A DNA stretch of 63,336 nucleotides, the filler included, from Guillardia theta CCMP2712 (lineage: Eukaryota; Protista; Cryptophyta), in assembly GCF_000315625.1 (NCBI RefSeq). It is 7 parts of 7 records of this genome, joined end to end, with 100 filler letters (N's around TTAATTAATTAA, not from the genome) between each part and the next. Parts side by side here need not be neighbours in the genome. Positions count along the whole stretch, not along the records: positions 47,348 to 57,414 come from NW_005434274.1; positions 57,515 to 61,785 come from NW_005434156.1; 5 more parts are not named here. The stretch is one strand, 5' to 3'. The number at the start of each line of letters is the position of its first letter. Positions within the stretch are counted from its first letter, which is position 1. Positions 47,417 through 60,500 of the stretch are shown piece by piece. The notes under the pieces were generated by a model that was given only the letters and a program-made list of their open reading frames with translations, was not told the origin of the DNA and did no database searches. The translations under genes and the position numbers were made by a program.

Positions 47417-50400
47417 TCATCGAAAGTCAGTTGAATGAAACAACAGCTCCTCCTCCTCCTCCTCCTCCTCCCACCTGTGCTGCCGTCTTCTTTTGCTGCT
47501 TCTCCACTGACAGGATTGATCGTTTGAGCGAGTGCACGCTTTCTTGAATCTCTTGGAGGTTATTGCCTGCTCCTCCTCCTCTACCACCTCTTCCTGCTCC
47601 TCCTCCACCTCTTCCTCCTCCACTACCACCCCTTCCTGCTCCGCCGGCTCCTCCTCTGCCTCCTTCTCGTCGAGAAGTCGAATAGACCTTGACAATCCGC
47701 TTCTCTTCTTCTTCCTCCTCCCACGCCTCTTCCCCCGCAAACTCCACACGAACTTTTCCTCCGCTTCCCCTGCAGTGGACCTGCAGCTGCTCTCAAGTCA
47801 CTAGACGTCATCGCAGCAACTGCACCTACCAGCTCCTCTGCCTCCAGACAAGCTCGCAGTAGGTCTGAGTCGATCTCCTCCTCCTCCTCCTCCCGGGCTT
47901 CCATGGCTCCTACGCCAGCCTTCTCCCTCCTCCTCTCTTCCTCCTCCTCCCGCATGTCGTCCCCCCCTCCTCTCTCCACGTAAGCTTCGATGCCCGTCAT
48001 GGCCGCCTGCAGCTCTTCCACCTCCCTCCTCTGCTTCTGCAGCTGCAGCCGCAGGGCCTTCCTGTGCCTCCCGAACCTCTTCTTCCCCCGCAGAACCGCA
48101 GCGAAGAGAAGGTCCTGCCGCTCTGGCTCAGACTCGCTCCTGTTGCTCTGTCAGAGAGAGGAAGGGGGTGGAGGGGGGAGAGACAGAAGGGAGTGGGAGA
48201 GACAGAAGGAGGGAGGGAGAGACAGGAGGGAGTGGGAGAGGAGGAGGGAGTGGGAGAGACAGAACGGAGTGGGAGAGGAGGAGGGGAGAGGAGGGGTCAC
48301 CCCTCTCGCAGCATGAAACTTGTGTCGGCGTTGAGGCTGAGGAGCATAAACTTGAGAGCAGCTTCCGTCTCAGTGATCGAGACCTTCAGCTGAAGAACAC
48401 GTCACTCGTGTGCTCTGATGGAGAGCCAGGGAAGAAGCGCGAGGAGGAGGAGGAGGAGGAGGAGGAGGAAGGGTGAGGGCGGCACCTGTTTGTACTCGAA
48501 GTTCACAGTCTTGCTCTCCTCCAGCAGGTCTCTGCATCTCCCGTGGATCCTCTTCATCCCTTCTCGCACGTGCCGCCGCATCCTCCCGGTTCCCCTCGAC
48601 CCGCAGCAGACCTGAGCTACCTCGCTACTCGACTCCAGCAGCGCCTTGCAGCGCAGGATCAGCGACTTGAGCCGCCCCGTCTCGTCTTCCATCTCTCGCT
48701 TCACCCCCGCCCACTTCTGCTTCAGCAGCTGCTTCACCTCCTGCTGCCTGTCAGCCCTGCCGTCCCCTCCCCCTCCTCCCACCTGCAACGACGAGCGGGT
48801 GGTGGAAGTGACCTGGGCGAGCTCTCCTCCCTCCCTCTGCCTTGCAGGATTCGAGCAGCAGGCATCCTGTCAGGCGTCAGGCGTGCGGGATAAGAGTCGT
48901 ATGCTCGCCTGCAGTGTCACATGCGCGTTGGAGGGCTGAGCTGCTGCTTCCTCCCCCTCCTCCTCCTGGGCTCTCTCCGACGTCTCTTCTGCCAAAATTG
49001 ACGATTGCACTCCGACTTCTCGGGTCTGCTGCTGCTGCTGCTGCTCCTCCTCCTCCTCTTGCTCCTGCTCCTGCTCCTGCTTTCTCACTTCCTCCTCCAG
49101 CACCCGAGCATCCTTGAGCAGCGGGGAGTCGCTGACCTCCCGGTGGAAGGAGGAGGAGGAGATCTCCGAGATGGCCTTGATGATCGCTCCTTCGTCGAAC
49201 CCAGCAGAGCTCCTGCTGCTGCTCACAAGCGCAGGATGCGAGGCCCTGCTGGTGACCTGGGAAGCCCTCTTGTCGTCCTCCCCCTCCCCCTCCTCCTCCT
49301 CGCGGCTCTGGGAGGGAGAGATCATAGTAGTCTCTTCGTTGTTCAGAATGCTCGTCCCGAGACCAGCTTTCAGTAGCAGACCTTCTATGTTGGGCTGAGA
49401 AGAGTGAGAGTCAGGAGAGTCGAAGACGGAGGGAAGAGCGGAGGAGGAGGGGGAAGGGACAAAGGCAGGAGGGGAGGGGGAGGTGGGGGGAGGACAAGGG
49501 TCTTACAGGTTTTAGAGCAACATCCTCCTCCTCCAAGTCTCCGTCACTGAGCACGTGATCTATCTTATCTCCTTCAAACGCGCAGCTCTCCGCATCCTCC
49601 TCCTTCTTGCTCTCGGGCAAGCTCCCCTGCACCTCTTCCCACGTGTCGTCTGACAGCTGCGAGAGGTCTGTTGCCTTCCGGATGAGGAAGTTGATCAGCT
49701 TCAGCCGTGCGTCTCCTCTGTTGGGACATAGCTGGGCCTGCCCATCCTATCAGTCTTTGAGGGAGGGAGGGAGGGAGGTTGAGGAGAGGAGAGGAGAGGG
49801 GAGGGGAGGGGAGGGGAGGAGGGAGGGAATACAAAGTAAGGATGACGGAGCGCTTGTACGGCTCCTAGCCTCTCGTGCGGGCACCACTCGAGCAATCTCC
49901 GAAGGAGGTCCAACCCAGTCTTTCCGATGGGCATCATGTTGTCGAGATCAGTTCCCTTCAATCTAGATGCCAAGGTCAGCGGTGGAGGAAAGGAGGGGTG
50001 GAATGAGGAGGAGGAGGAGGAGGAGGAGGAGGAGGAGGAGGAGGAGGAGGACCTGCTTTCGTGACTTGGGAAGACAAGCTGGTCGAATGCAGCTCCGAGG
50101 TAGGATAGCTGTTCAAGAGGAACTTACTCCCTCTCCTCCTCTTTCTCCTCCTTCACCTGCTTCCTCGATGGGAATCCTAGGATCTTGAACATGCTGTAGA
50201 GGAGGCCAGCAGAGTCGTCAGCTTCGAACAAGCGAGCTCCTGTCATCATCTCTGCCCAGATACAGCCGATGGCCCATATGTCCTGCTCCGTCCCGTCCTT
50301 GCTCGACCCCATCAGCTTCTCGGGGGTCCAGTAGCACTTGTCGTGCATCTCCTCCTCTCCAGCTCCCTCCGAGGACTCGTTGAGGTCGAGACCGGGCGAG

Positions 50401-50802
50401 GACAGCAGGTTCACCGTCCCCGAGGACGAGATGGCGATGGTCCAGGGGCGGATGTTCCGATGCTTCCTCCGCAGGGCATGCAGGGGTGCGATACTCTCAA
50501 GCATCTCGAGGAGGATGGTGGCAGAGATCTCCTCCGGGATGATCAGCTCTTCCCTCTTGTGACGGTATGCCCTGGCCACTTGCAGCAGGGTCCCGAGGAG
50601 GCAGAGCTGCTGGCCGTCGTACTGCAGGTCGATCATGGGCTCCTGTGCCTTCTCAGCATCTTGCGACCTGATGCCATGGAGGACCGAGGAGAAGGAGTCA
50701 GAGACATGCCCCCTGGTCTCATAGACAGTCAATAGCACCTGGATGCCTCGATGCTGTCCTGAAGCCTACTGCTCCCCGGAACGTACACTCGTAGAGAGCT
50801 CA
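47417..50802 (-). CDS. CDK/CMGC-like probable pseudokinase with a long acidic/coiled-coil C-terminus, multi-exon
   Basis: HRNIRP, YWTPEKLMGS, DIWAIGCIWAEMMTG..LF, GLDLLRRLL..P..R.....ALRHPYF; the downstream exons are assumed to belong to the same gene. Confidence 0.65.
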
Positions 50803-51981
50803 TATCATTCGCTGCAAACACGAGCAGAGCGTCAGCATCCACGAATGACAAAAAGACGCACATGCAACCTCCTCCCTCCCTCCCCCTCCCTCCTCCTCCC
50901 CCTCACCCTCGCTCCCCCTCGCTCGCTCACTCACCCTCACCCTCACCCTCGCTCCCCCTCACCCTCGCTCCCCCTCGCTCACTTCGCTAAAACCTTAAAG
51001 AGGTGAAAAATTCAACAGGAGAGCTCGTCCTCATCATCCTCGTCTTCATCGACATCGTCTTCATCGAGGTCAGGCTTGTTTTACAGACCTACGGCCACTG
51101 AATATTTGAACTAGTTCTTCCGACTCGGATTCTGACAGTTCTAGTTCGTCCAGCAGGTAAACACTTGTTGCAGATCCGATGTACATACTTAGGCTTTAAT
51201 TCCAGCTCCAGCTCCAGCTCCAGCTCCAGCTCCTCGTCATCCTCATCCTCATCAGGAAAGAGGCCTGCTCCGAAACGGCAGAGACGAGATTGAGTGTATT
51301 GAGTGTTTAAAGCTGTTCACACCGCTTCTCGCAAGCTCACGTGGCATAATTGAGGCTTCGACCATGGCGGCATCCCTTCAGTCTTAATGCCCATCTCGAG
51401 AAAAGGCCCTGGACCTGAGCAGCTATCACCTCANNNNNNNNNNNNNNNNNNNNNNNNNNNNNNNNNNNNNNNNNNNNNNNNNNNNNNNNNNNNNNNNNNN
51501 NNNNNNNNNNNNNNNNNNNNNNNNNNNNNNNNNNNNNNNNNNNNNNNNNNNNNNNNNNNNNNNNNNNNNNNNNNNNNNNNNNNNNNNNNNNNNNNNNNNN
51601 NNNNNNNNNNNNNNNNNNNNNNNNNNNNNNNGGGGCGGAGGGGATAGGGAGGAGATGCGGAAGGTGAAATCAAAGTGGACGAGGAAGAAGAAGAGGTGTG
51701 TGGGTAAGATAAGGTAGGGGAAGGGTATGCAACAGACCCTACAACGAAGGGTTGCCTGTTGAAGGCCCTGTTGCACCCGAGCTGAGTTGCGAAGATGCTG
51801 GAAGAGAACTAGGAGGTTTTCAGGTTCCTTCAGCACGATAATGTATGAGCAAGCTAGACCAAAGTCAAGGTTAAACGACATGAGGAAATTTACCATGTTA
51901 ACTATCTACAACGCAAGACAGCGAGAGCAAAGGCCCAGCTGCTATTCATATTGCGATGTTCGATTTACTCTGTTATAGACA

Positions 51982-52287
51982 ATGTTTGCGCTGGTTAGAA
52001 ACGCTGCAAGGGTACTCAACAAGACGATGGTGAGTGCGGGTCACTTGTTTGCTTGAGGAGGGGAGGGGAGAGATTCTGACAGTCATCAACAGCTTCTGGA
52101 TTACACTAACCCCGACGAGGTTCCTGTCCCGGAGTGCTACGCGAATCAGGTAAGAGCTCCTTCATCTCCATCGCATGCTCCGTTCATGCTCTTGACCTGA
52201 CCTCAGAGCACCTCCCTCAACCCATGCGGAAAATGCACCAAGCCAGCAACTGCGTTGGACACTGCGACCGGACAGGTGAAGCCGTAG
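51982..52287 (+). CDS. Small 61-aa three-exon protein (absent from the ORF track)
   Basis: Exons 51982-52029, 52093-52149 and 52207-52287 with phase-0 GT-AG introns give MFALVRNAARVLNKTMLLDYTNPDEVPVPECYANQSTSLNPCGKCTKPATALDTATGQVKP*. Confidence 0.65.
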
Positions 52288-54131
52288 AGATAGAAAAGAT
52301 GTGAATTGACGTGAGGGTCTACAGACCAGCGACACTGTTGTCTACTCCTTCCGCCACAATGCTGACGGGTTCTGTGTTTGAGTGGGAAGCGATAAAGTTG
52401 ACTCGTCCGTGCAGTTGGTTGTGCGATGCGAACAACTGAAGGTGGAGGGCGCCCATGAAGAAGATTCAAAGAACCTCTCTGTCCTCTCTGTCCTTTCGGT
52501 CTGGCCGATGAAAGCCTCGAGGCTCATTTTCGGCGTAGCTTTATCCAGGATACGAACCTGTGAGTTGATGATTACATACCTTTACCCTTTCAAAGTCACG
52601 CTGTCACGAGTCACTTACAAGAAGTTACTGGCACCGTGACGTCCAGCCTTCACTGAGTTAAGGCACAGACTCGTTGCAACTTGAAGTTTCCTCCTGCTAT
52701 GACCGTGGCAATTTGCCCGAAATCTATCAGGGCCAGTGCCGGCCACGAGAGGTTCCGACTGAGTTACGGCCTGCGGCCGGTCGGGCGACTCGCGGCCACC
52801 GGGGCCGCCGCCGAGTGGCTCACGCCGGGCGTACACGGTGGGCCAGTCACTGGCCCGCGGTGGCACTGAGGTAGGTCACCGGTTCAAATCGGTCCGAAAA
52901 ACGGTTGCAAAACGGAAATGGGTGTACATAACGGTAAATAACGGTTTGTAAAATCTGCCATTACCCACCTGTGAGAGGAAAATCGATGGGATAAGTGTGG
53001 GGGGTGGTCTTGCACTATTTGTACCCCATGAATAATCGAGACAGGTGGGGTGGGGGTGGTGAAGGGTTGCCTTTTTGGTACCCCACCATCCGATACCATG
53101 AAAGACACCGAAATTGCAAAGTCATTCAGGGGGTGGGGTTATCAATGGAGGGGTAGTGGGTCATCTCATGGTTAAGATACCCACATTGTATGTTATATTT
53201 GAAGGGATATAGTAGGGGTACTCAATGGTCAGCTGCTAAAACTTGGATTACAGACGGGTAGGTGGTGGAAAAGCTTTTAAGGAATCAGGGGTAGCAAACA
53301 GCTGGGGGGTGGGGGTAATTATGGACTTCTGTCTGCCGTTTGGACCCCACCCCCTACCCCCGAGTCTTCGGAAATTTAACTACCCCTACCACCTCTTGGT
53401 CATCACCCTACCCTACCACAGCCATTTGCCTACCGTGGAATCCCTGCTTCTGACTACCCCTACCCTTCCTTGTCGACGTCTTTACCCCTAGCTGACCACC
53501 CACCCTACCTGAAAAATCACTTTTTGGCCTTCCATGCTGCATGGACCCCGCAACTTACCATGCAGGGCCCGAGCGACGGCGAACCCTAGGAATGCAGAGA
53601 CTCTGTCATGCCCCCCCCGCTCTTCCTCTTCCTTCACTTCCTGTACACTCCGGTTCCTTCCACTATCCCGCCCCTTGCCAGCATCCTCTGTTACTGCCTC
53701 TTCTCTGCCCCCGAATGACCTTCCTGGGACATGATTGGTCAAAGCAAATGGTCATATTGCATCCCTTGCTTGCTGTCTTCCTCCTCCTCCTCTTCATCCT
53801 TTCTCTTGCCCTCCATTCTCTCCAAGAATTCCATTAAGCTCGATGGCTCTTGGCTCCTTTTGCTATCCCGCTTCATTTCTCGCAGGCCCAATGCTCGTAG
53901 ATTTCATTACCCCCAACTTCTCCAGTAGCTCTTGTTGCGATTTATATTGAAGCTTGAGGGGTATTCACCTGGGATGTAACCGGGGGTGGTGTAGAGCGCA
54001 AGGGAGAGGAGGGGCAAGAGGCAGGCAGATTGGAATTGTGGAGTTTCCTGTCAGTCGAGACATCATAGTAGTTTGGTTCTTCCTCCACCCAGCAACTGAT
54101 CACTTGGTGAACAGGGGGAGTTGCCGCAGCG

Positions 54132-56340
54132 ATGGTGCTCAAAGCATCATGCTTCAGCGTCTTCAGGCCGCTGCGCTCGAGCAGGATGCATGGACCGCCG
54201 ACGCCTGTCCCCGATCTGCACAACCTAGACACAGTGAGCTGTCAGATCCCTGGAGGCCTCGCAGGAATCCGCGAGAGGATGGCAGCGATGGGTCACTTCA
54301 TGAACGACGACGCGCCAGCGCAGGCCGAGGTCAGCCCTGCGGAGAAAGGGCAGGTGCGGCAGGCGATCAAAGGGCCGGAGTCGCAGGGGAACAGGAAGAA
54401 GCCGCGGACGACGTCGGAGAGGCCTCAGAGGAAGGAGACGAGTAACGCCGCTCCCCAGAGGAAGGAGGCGGGCGTCGCTCAGTCCGAGATGTTCTCTCTC
54501 TCGGCAGATTTTTGCACGGAGAAAGGGGAGGATGTGCAAATGGTTCCCTGCGCTCCCCTGCACCTGGACGCTCGTTCGGCCAGGAAACCGTCCAAGAAGT
54601 CTTCCCCTGCAGTTAACAGCTACTCTGCTGAGAACGGTGTAGACAGCGAGGAGCTCGACCACTTCGCTCAGAGTTTGTTCCCAGGCCGCGATCAGGTGCC
54701 CCCTCGTAGCCCCTCCTCTGGTAAGCCTGATGGTATCTTGCAGGTTAAGCAGAATGCCCAGCTCTTCTCGCCGAAAGGTGTTCAGCCCTCAGCTGGACTG
54801 ACTGCTCTCCTGGATGGGAGAAACTCGTTCGATGATGCGTCGGATATTCCTGAGTATGATGACGTTTCAGCATACAAGTTCCGGTCGTGACTCTTGTGCT
54901 GTCCTTGCAGGATCAGTGAAATCATCAACAACAACCTGACGTCAGGCAAGACAGAAGGGGAAATGCTCCTGAACGCGTTTGCCATGCTGGGAGATCATAC
55001 CCGGACGTCGGAACACACCAGCCCAGCCAGCTCGAACCGAATGGTGTCCCTTGGTCTGCAGGTATGGATCACGAGACAAATTCTCGTTACCCACTCCCCG
55101 CTTGCCGTGACTGTTGGAGCAGGAGTCTTCGGAGGAAGAGGCCAAGTCAGGGGATGCGCACAGTGAGGCTGGGTCTTCCAAGTCATCGTCGACAGTTGTA
55201 GTGACGGAGGTTGTTCCCAGCCCCTCTAACAGAAGGGATCGATTCAGAGAGCACAGTCACTCCCCCCGCAAGATCTCTTCCCTCCCCATAACTCCAGATC
55301 TGCCGCTGACTGGGGCCGGCCCTGGACCTCAAGAGGAGAGCCCTCTTCCTAGTTTCCCTCAGCGCCCCAGCGGCTCGTTCCGGCTCAAGGACGAGTGGAG
55401 GAGGCCGACGACATCAGAAGACTTAACTCAAACTAGCTTTGAAGACCATGCACAGAAAGAGAGAGGAATCGCCAAAGGAGATGCCCTCGCCGAGAGCCGC
55501 TACCTTATCCTCCCTCAGGTACTCCTCCTCCTCCTCCTCCTCCTCCTCCTCCTCCTCCTCCTCCTCCTCCTCCTCCTCCTCCTCCTCCTCCTCTACCTCC
55601 CCCTCTACCTCCTTCTCCTCCTCCTGTTGCGTGTCATTGCGTGCCGTGGGTGACGCCTTGCGGCAGGGAAGCCCGGTGCCTCAGGCTGGTGTACATAATG
55701 TAGAAAGAGGCAGGATGCCAGAGGCAAACTTCAAGTGCCCCCCTGCCGTGCGCGTGCAAGAGGCAAGGCCGATGGACTGGGACGCACACTCAGAGCAGAA
55801 AGCAGCAGACGCGTCAGGAGGTGGGAGGCGCAGGAGGAGGAGAGGAGAGGGAGTGACTGGGGTGCAGGTTTGCAGAAGGAGAGCAAGTCTGAGGGAGAGA
55901 ACCTGATGCTCTCTAACATCATCGGTGAGTGCGGGAGGCGATCGGGGGGCGCTAGGGTTGCTGACGTCACTGGCAGACTTCCGCAAAAGGAACCCCACGA
56001 GTACCTTCAGGGACTGGCTGTCTCAACTGACCCCCCAAGAGATCACCAGAGCAATCATGTCTTCGAAGAAGGTACCTCCTCCCTCCTCCCTCCTCCTGTC
56101 CTCTTCTCTCCTTCTGTTTCCTCGCCTGCTGTTCCTGACGATGAGACCAGGGCACTGGAATATGGCGAGAGCTGTGGGACCAGGTGGAGAAGCAGGTCAA
56201 GGAAGGACGTTGAGAAGTTGAGAGTGGAGGGAAGAGGAGGAGGAGGCGAGCGGAGGTTGGTTCATGTAACGCGACGAGAGCTGCAACTGCTTTCATTACA
56301 TTCCCGCGAATGATCAGTCTGGGTTGAGCCCTCGAGCGAT
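54132..56340 (+). CDS. Hypothetical low-complexity protein, multi-exon (3' end approximate)
   Basis: Long exons around 54132-54880 and 55123-55518 plus shorter downstream exons (FRKRNPTSTFRDWL). Confidence 0.5.
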
Positions 56341-56409
56341 GAGCTCCACCTGGAGCAGGGAGGGGTCAGGGGAGGTCGGAGAGACCGGTTCCTCTAGACT
56401 TCGCGGCCT

Positions 56410-56870
56410 CGTACCTGCATGCTCAGCTGCTGAAGAGCATCGCGGCTTCGATCATCTCCGATGACCTTGAGAGCTTCGCGAACCTTCAGAACATGGTCAG
56501 CGTGTACAGAGAGAGATGAGATGGGGGGGACTTGCCTTCACCAGCATCTCCTCCGCGCTCTCTGCCTCCCTCCGCAACGCCGTCCCTGCCATCCTTCAGT
56601 GTCTGACCCTCCTTAGCCTGCGCCTGACCTGCGTCCTCGTTGTCCTCTATCAAGCGATCCAACACCTCGTGCTGCCCCTCCTCTCCCGCATCCTCCGGCA
56701 GCGTCGCCAGCAGCTTGTCCAGCTGCTGGTTGATGGTGACAAAGGAGGAGGCGGACATCTCCGCGCGGACGGCGAGAGAGCGGCGGGTCTCGACGAAGTT
56801 TCCCTCGAGGAGGGGGAGCCGACCGTCATCCGCCTCGGCGATGGGACAGTCTTGGAAGTAGCTGCCATGA
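56410..56870 (-). CDS. Hypothetical protein fragment
   Basis: Coding-like frame ...SFVTINQQLDKLLATLPED...LDRLIEDNE. Confidence 0.35.
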
Positions 56871-56922
56871 GGTGAGGGGAGACGAGGAGCAGCGAGAGAA
56901 GTGCGGCGAGTTGAAGGACGAA

Positions 56923-57022
56923 AAGACGTCTAAGAGGAGGATACAACAGCAGCAGGAGCACAAGACGTCTAAGAGGAGGATACAACAGCAGCAGGAGCAC
57001 AAGACGTCTAAGAGGAGGATAC
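56923..57022. repeat. 39-nt tandem repeat, about 2.5 copies
   Basis: AAGACGTCTAAGAGGAGGATACAACAGCAGCAGGAGCAC repeated. Confidence 0.8.
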
Positions 57023-57253
57023 ACAGGAGTGGAGAGTGCAGCTGCAGGAGCACGTGAAACAGAAGCAGCAAGAATAGGAATAGCAGGACAAAATGAGCAG
57101 CAGCAGCAGAGAGGAGAAGCATCAAGAGCAGCAAGAACGGCAGAAGCAGCAGCAATTGAGGAGGAGGAGAGGGGGATCAGGTAGAGGAGGAGGAGGAGGA
57201 GAAGCAGCAGCAGCAGGGAGATAAGGAAGCAGGAGTAGGAGGCAGAAGGAGCT

Positions 57254-57315
57254 GATGATGGAGATGATGATGGAGATGATGGAGATGATGATGATGATGA
57301 TGATCGTGATGGTGG

Positions 57316-57350
<35 letters not shown>

Positions 57351-57414
57351 ATGGAGATGGAGATGGAGATGGAGATGGAGATGGAGATGATGATGATGAT
57401 GATGATGATGATGA
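57254..57414. repeat. (GAT)n/(GATGGA)n microsatellite
   Basis: Read directly. Confidence 0.9.
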
Positions 57415-57514
57415 NNNNNNNNNNNNNNNNNNNNNNNNNNNNNNNNNNNNNNNNNNNNTTAATTAATTAANNNNNNNNNNNNNNNNNNNNNNNNNNNNNN
57501 NNNNNNNNNNNNNN

Positions 57515-60500
57515 CAGAGGACATGCGGCTGGATCGGGCACCGAATAAGGCAAAAGATACAATCTCTGGAATACATGAAAGTTTCATGATGAAAGTTTTC
57601 ATCACATCTGCAAATGAATAGGATGTCACAAACATCCGACTCTCCTTCAGACAAATTGAACAACAATTTTGAATTTTGAGGAGATGTTCTTTGCTGAACA
57701 TCTGAAACTGATATTTGTGGGTTGCAAACATGCATTCCGTCAGTTTCATTAATCCTGGAAACAGCAAATCTGGAGCAGAAGAAACAATTTGAGAAACGTC
57801 TAATCAGACAATTGAAAGCTAAGATGAAATGTCAGTTCTCAATTTGCAATCCAAGATAGCATAATGTCACCACCAAATGACAGATTGCAAATAATGTTAA
57901 AAGCACTTACTAGTCCTATTTCAAAGGATGAAGAAAGAGAACAGACAATGCTAACCTTTCAGTTTCTCAAAAATGTTTTATCCCTCCAAATCTTCTTGAA
58001 ACACATAACTATGTGCAAAATGTTCAAGGAAAGGATCATTTGAGCACTGATTCTGAAGACGGGGAGAGCAGTGATTCTTCTCAATCATCACAAGGTCAAA
58101 TCAGGATGACAATCGTGATGAAATTAAGAGTCAATGTGCATGTGATTCAATCTACTTAGAACCTAAAATACATCCGACTTGTGACACAATTATCTGCAGA
58201 ACAAATCAAAGAGATCAATGACGAATATGTGAAACATCCTGAAAACTTCACAGACATTGGTGATTTTACCAACAGTCTTGAACAAGAAATCGATCAGGAT
58301 AACATCGAGTATGAAGAAAATTTGACTCACAATACGTCATCTTCTACTTGTGAACGTATTCAAGGCAATAGTGCTTCTAGTATTCTACTAAAATGGCACA
58401 TTATCAGTGGACATATCAACAGACGTTACCTGTTACGATTAGCAAAAACATCAAGGGAATGGAAGAAGTTGCTAGACTGGATTCTCGTACTCCATTACCT
58501 ACTTGTCATACTTGCAATCGAAGCAAATCTACAAGTACGAAGCTTCCTTGTATTTCGTTCAACAGATCGCAACAAAAATTCGATAGGTTGCACATTGACT
58601 TGTCAACATACAAAGTACAATCTATTGAAGGAGCAAAATATGTGTTAGTTGCCAAAGATTGTTATTCTTCATACAAGATGGTCATTGATCTATCAACTAA
58701 AAAGGCTTACAGACAAGCTCTTAGAGAAATTGTCAAAAGACACAACAATGGAGTATATCCTAAGAAACTAAGGATTGATAATGCTGGAGAAATGGTTTCA
58801 CGAAAATCTATGGATTTCTACAGAAGAAAACACATTTTCATTGAGCGCATAGCCGCTTACCATCATTTTCAAAATCAACGAGCTGAATCTGGAATGTATT
58901 CGTTAGATACAAGAACACGATTGGCCATTGTGAATTGTAATGTACCCAAATCTTTTTGGCTATTAGCCATGTACTACTCAACAGAAATTGAGAATGTATT
59001 CTTGCCAACAAATCGTGGATCTGACATAAGCTGTTATGAAGCGTTTACAGAAAACAAACCAGATGGCTCACTATTCAAAACATTTGGATGTTTAGCTTAC
59101 CTACATATTCCATCAAGCCAAAGACTCCAACTTGGCAGAGATAAAAAACTTGACGATACTGCAAAATGTTGTGTATTTCAGTATTTCTAAGATTTGCATC
59201 TCACCTTGGAATCAAGGGATATTTGCTTGCAAGCTTAGATAATCAAAATTTTATGCAACACCTGCAGGAAATGTAACCTTCAATGAGGAAGTTTTTCCAT
59301 TTCGTCTATCTCACCCTGGAGATCGAAAATGGTCTATTCCATTTGGATTAGCACCAGATTTTGGTTCTAAAGAGGTAATTACCCTCAAGAATGCAGGAAA
59401 GCGAATGTCTGAAATGTCTGATTCTGATAACGAAGATGAATTAGCAAAGTTGATATCTTCATTGATGAAGCAAAATCAACACATCATACGAAAACAACCA
59501 GAAAAACATTAAGTAATTCAACCAACAGGCACAGTGATTGATGACATTGACAGTGACAAAGTGACAGTTGAGGAACAGACAGGCCAGAATGAATCTCATT
59601 CTAATGAGCACAGACAAACCATGGTAAATCAACCAGTGGTTCGATTGTTTGATAACTCTCTGCCTATCGTTTCTCCTGATCCTGTCATCAGTCAATCTTC
59701 AATTTCAATACAACATCAACCTACAAAAATCAATAAGGAGCTTGAAATGTTGAAGGAATCATCAGAGCATTGTGGCAAGAAAGATTTTCAGTGGGATAAA
59801 CTCCCAACATTTGTACATCAACATCAATTACGTTCAGGAAGAAGAGCAGATTTACTGCCCTGGCAGCAAGAAAATCTTGCACCTAGTGCTGAACAACATG
59901 ATGAACAAGAAAGTTCTTCTGAAAATTCTTTCGCTACAGAGAGCTTATCACTGAATATTCATTAGCCTGACAACATTGGAAACGGAATTCCTCCTCAAAT
60001 TAATCGAATGCAACACAAGCTATTTGCTAGAATCATGATTGACACCTATGTAAATCATCCGTATGACACAAACAGTCAATCTAACATGTCACATAATTGG
60101 CATTTCGGACCTCCTCAAAGGAATGTTTTCTGTGCAAGAACATACAATGATGAAATTGATTGCATCATGTCATATCTGAAAAATTGCAAAAATGACTATG
60201 TGCAACATACTTGTATATCAAGGTAACAGATGTATCACATGGCATTGAATGCAATAACTCATAACAATGAGGATGAACCTACTTTAAAGCAAGCCTTACA
60301 AGCTAATAACCCAGAACAAGAAAATTGGTCCAGACCATCAAAGCTGAACAGCAATCATGGCAGTTATTGAATGTATACGATGAATGTGAAGAGCTTCCTC
60401 ACAATCGACAAGCTATCAACTGTCGAATTCTACTGAAGCACAAAACTGGAGCCCACAATCAAATCATCAAATACAAAGCTTGTGCTGTTGCAGTTGGATA

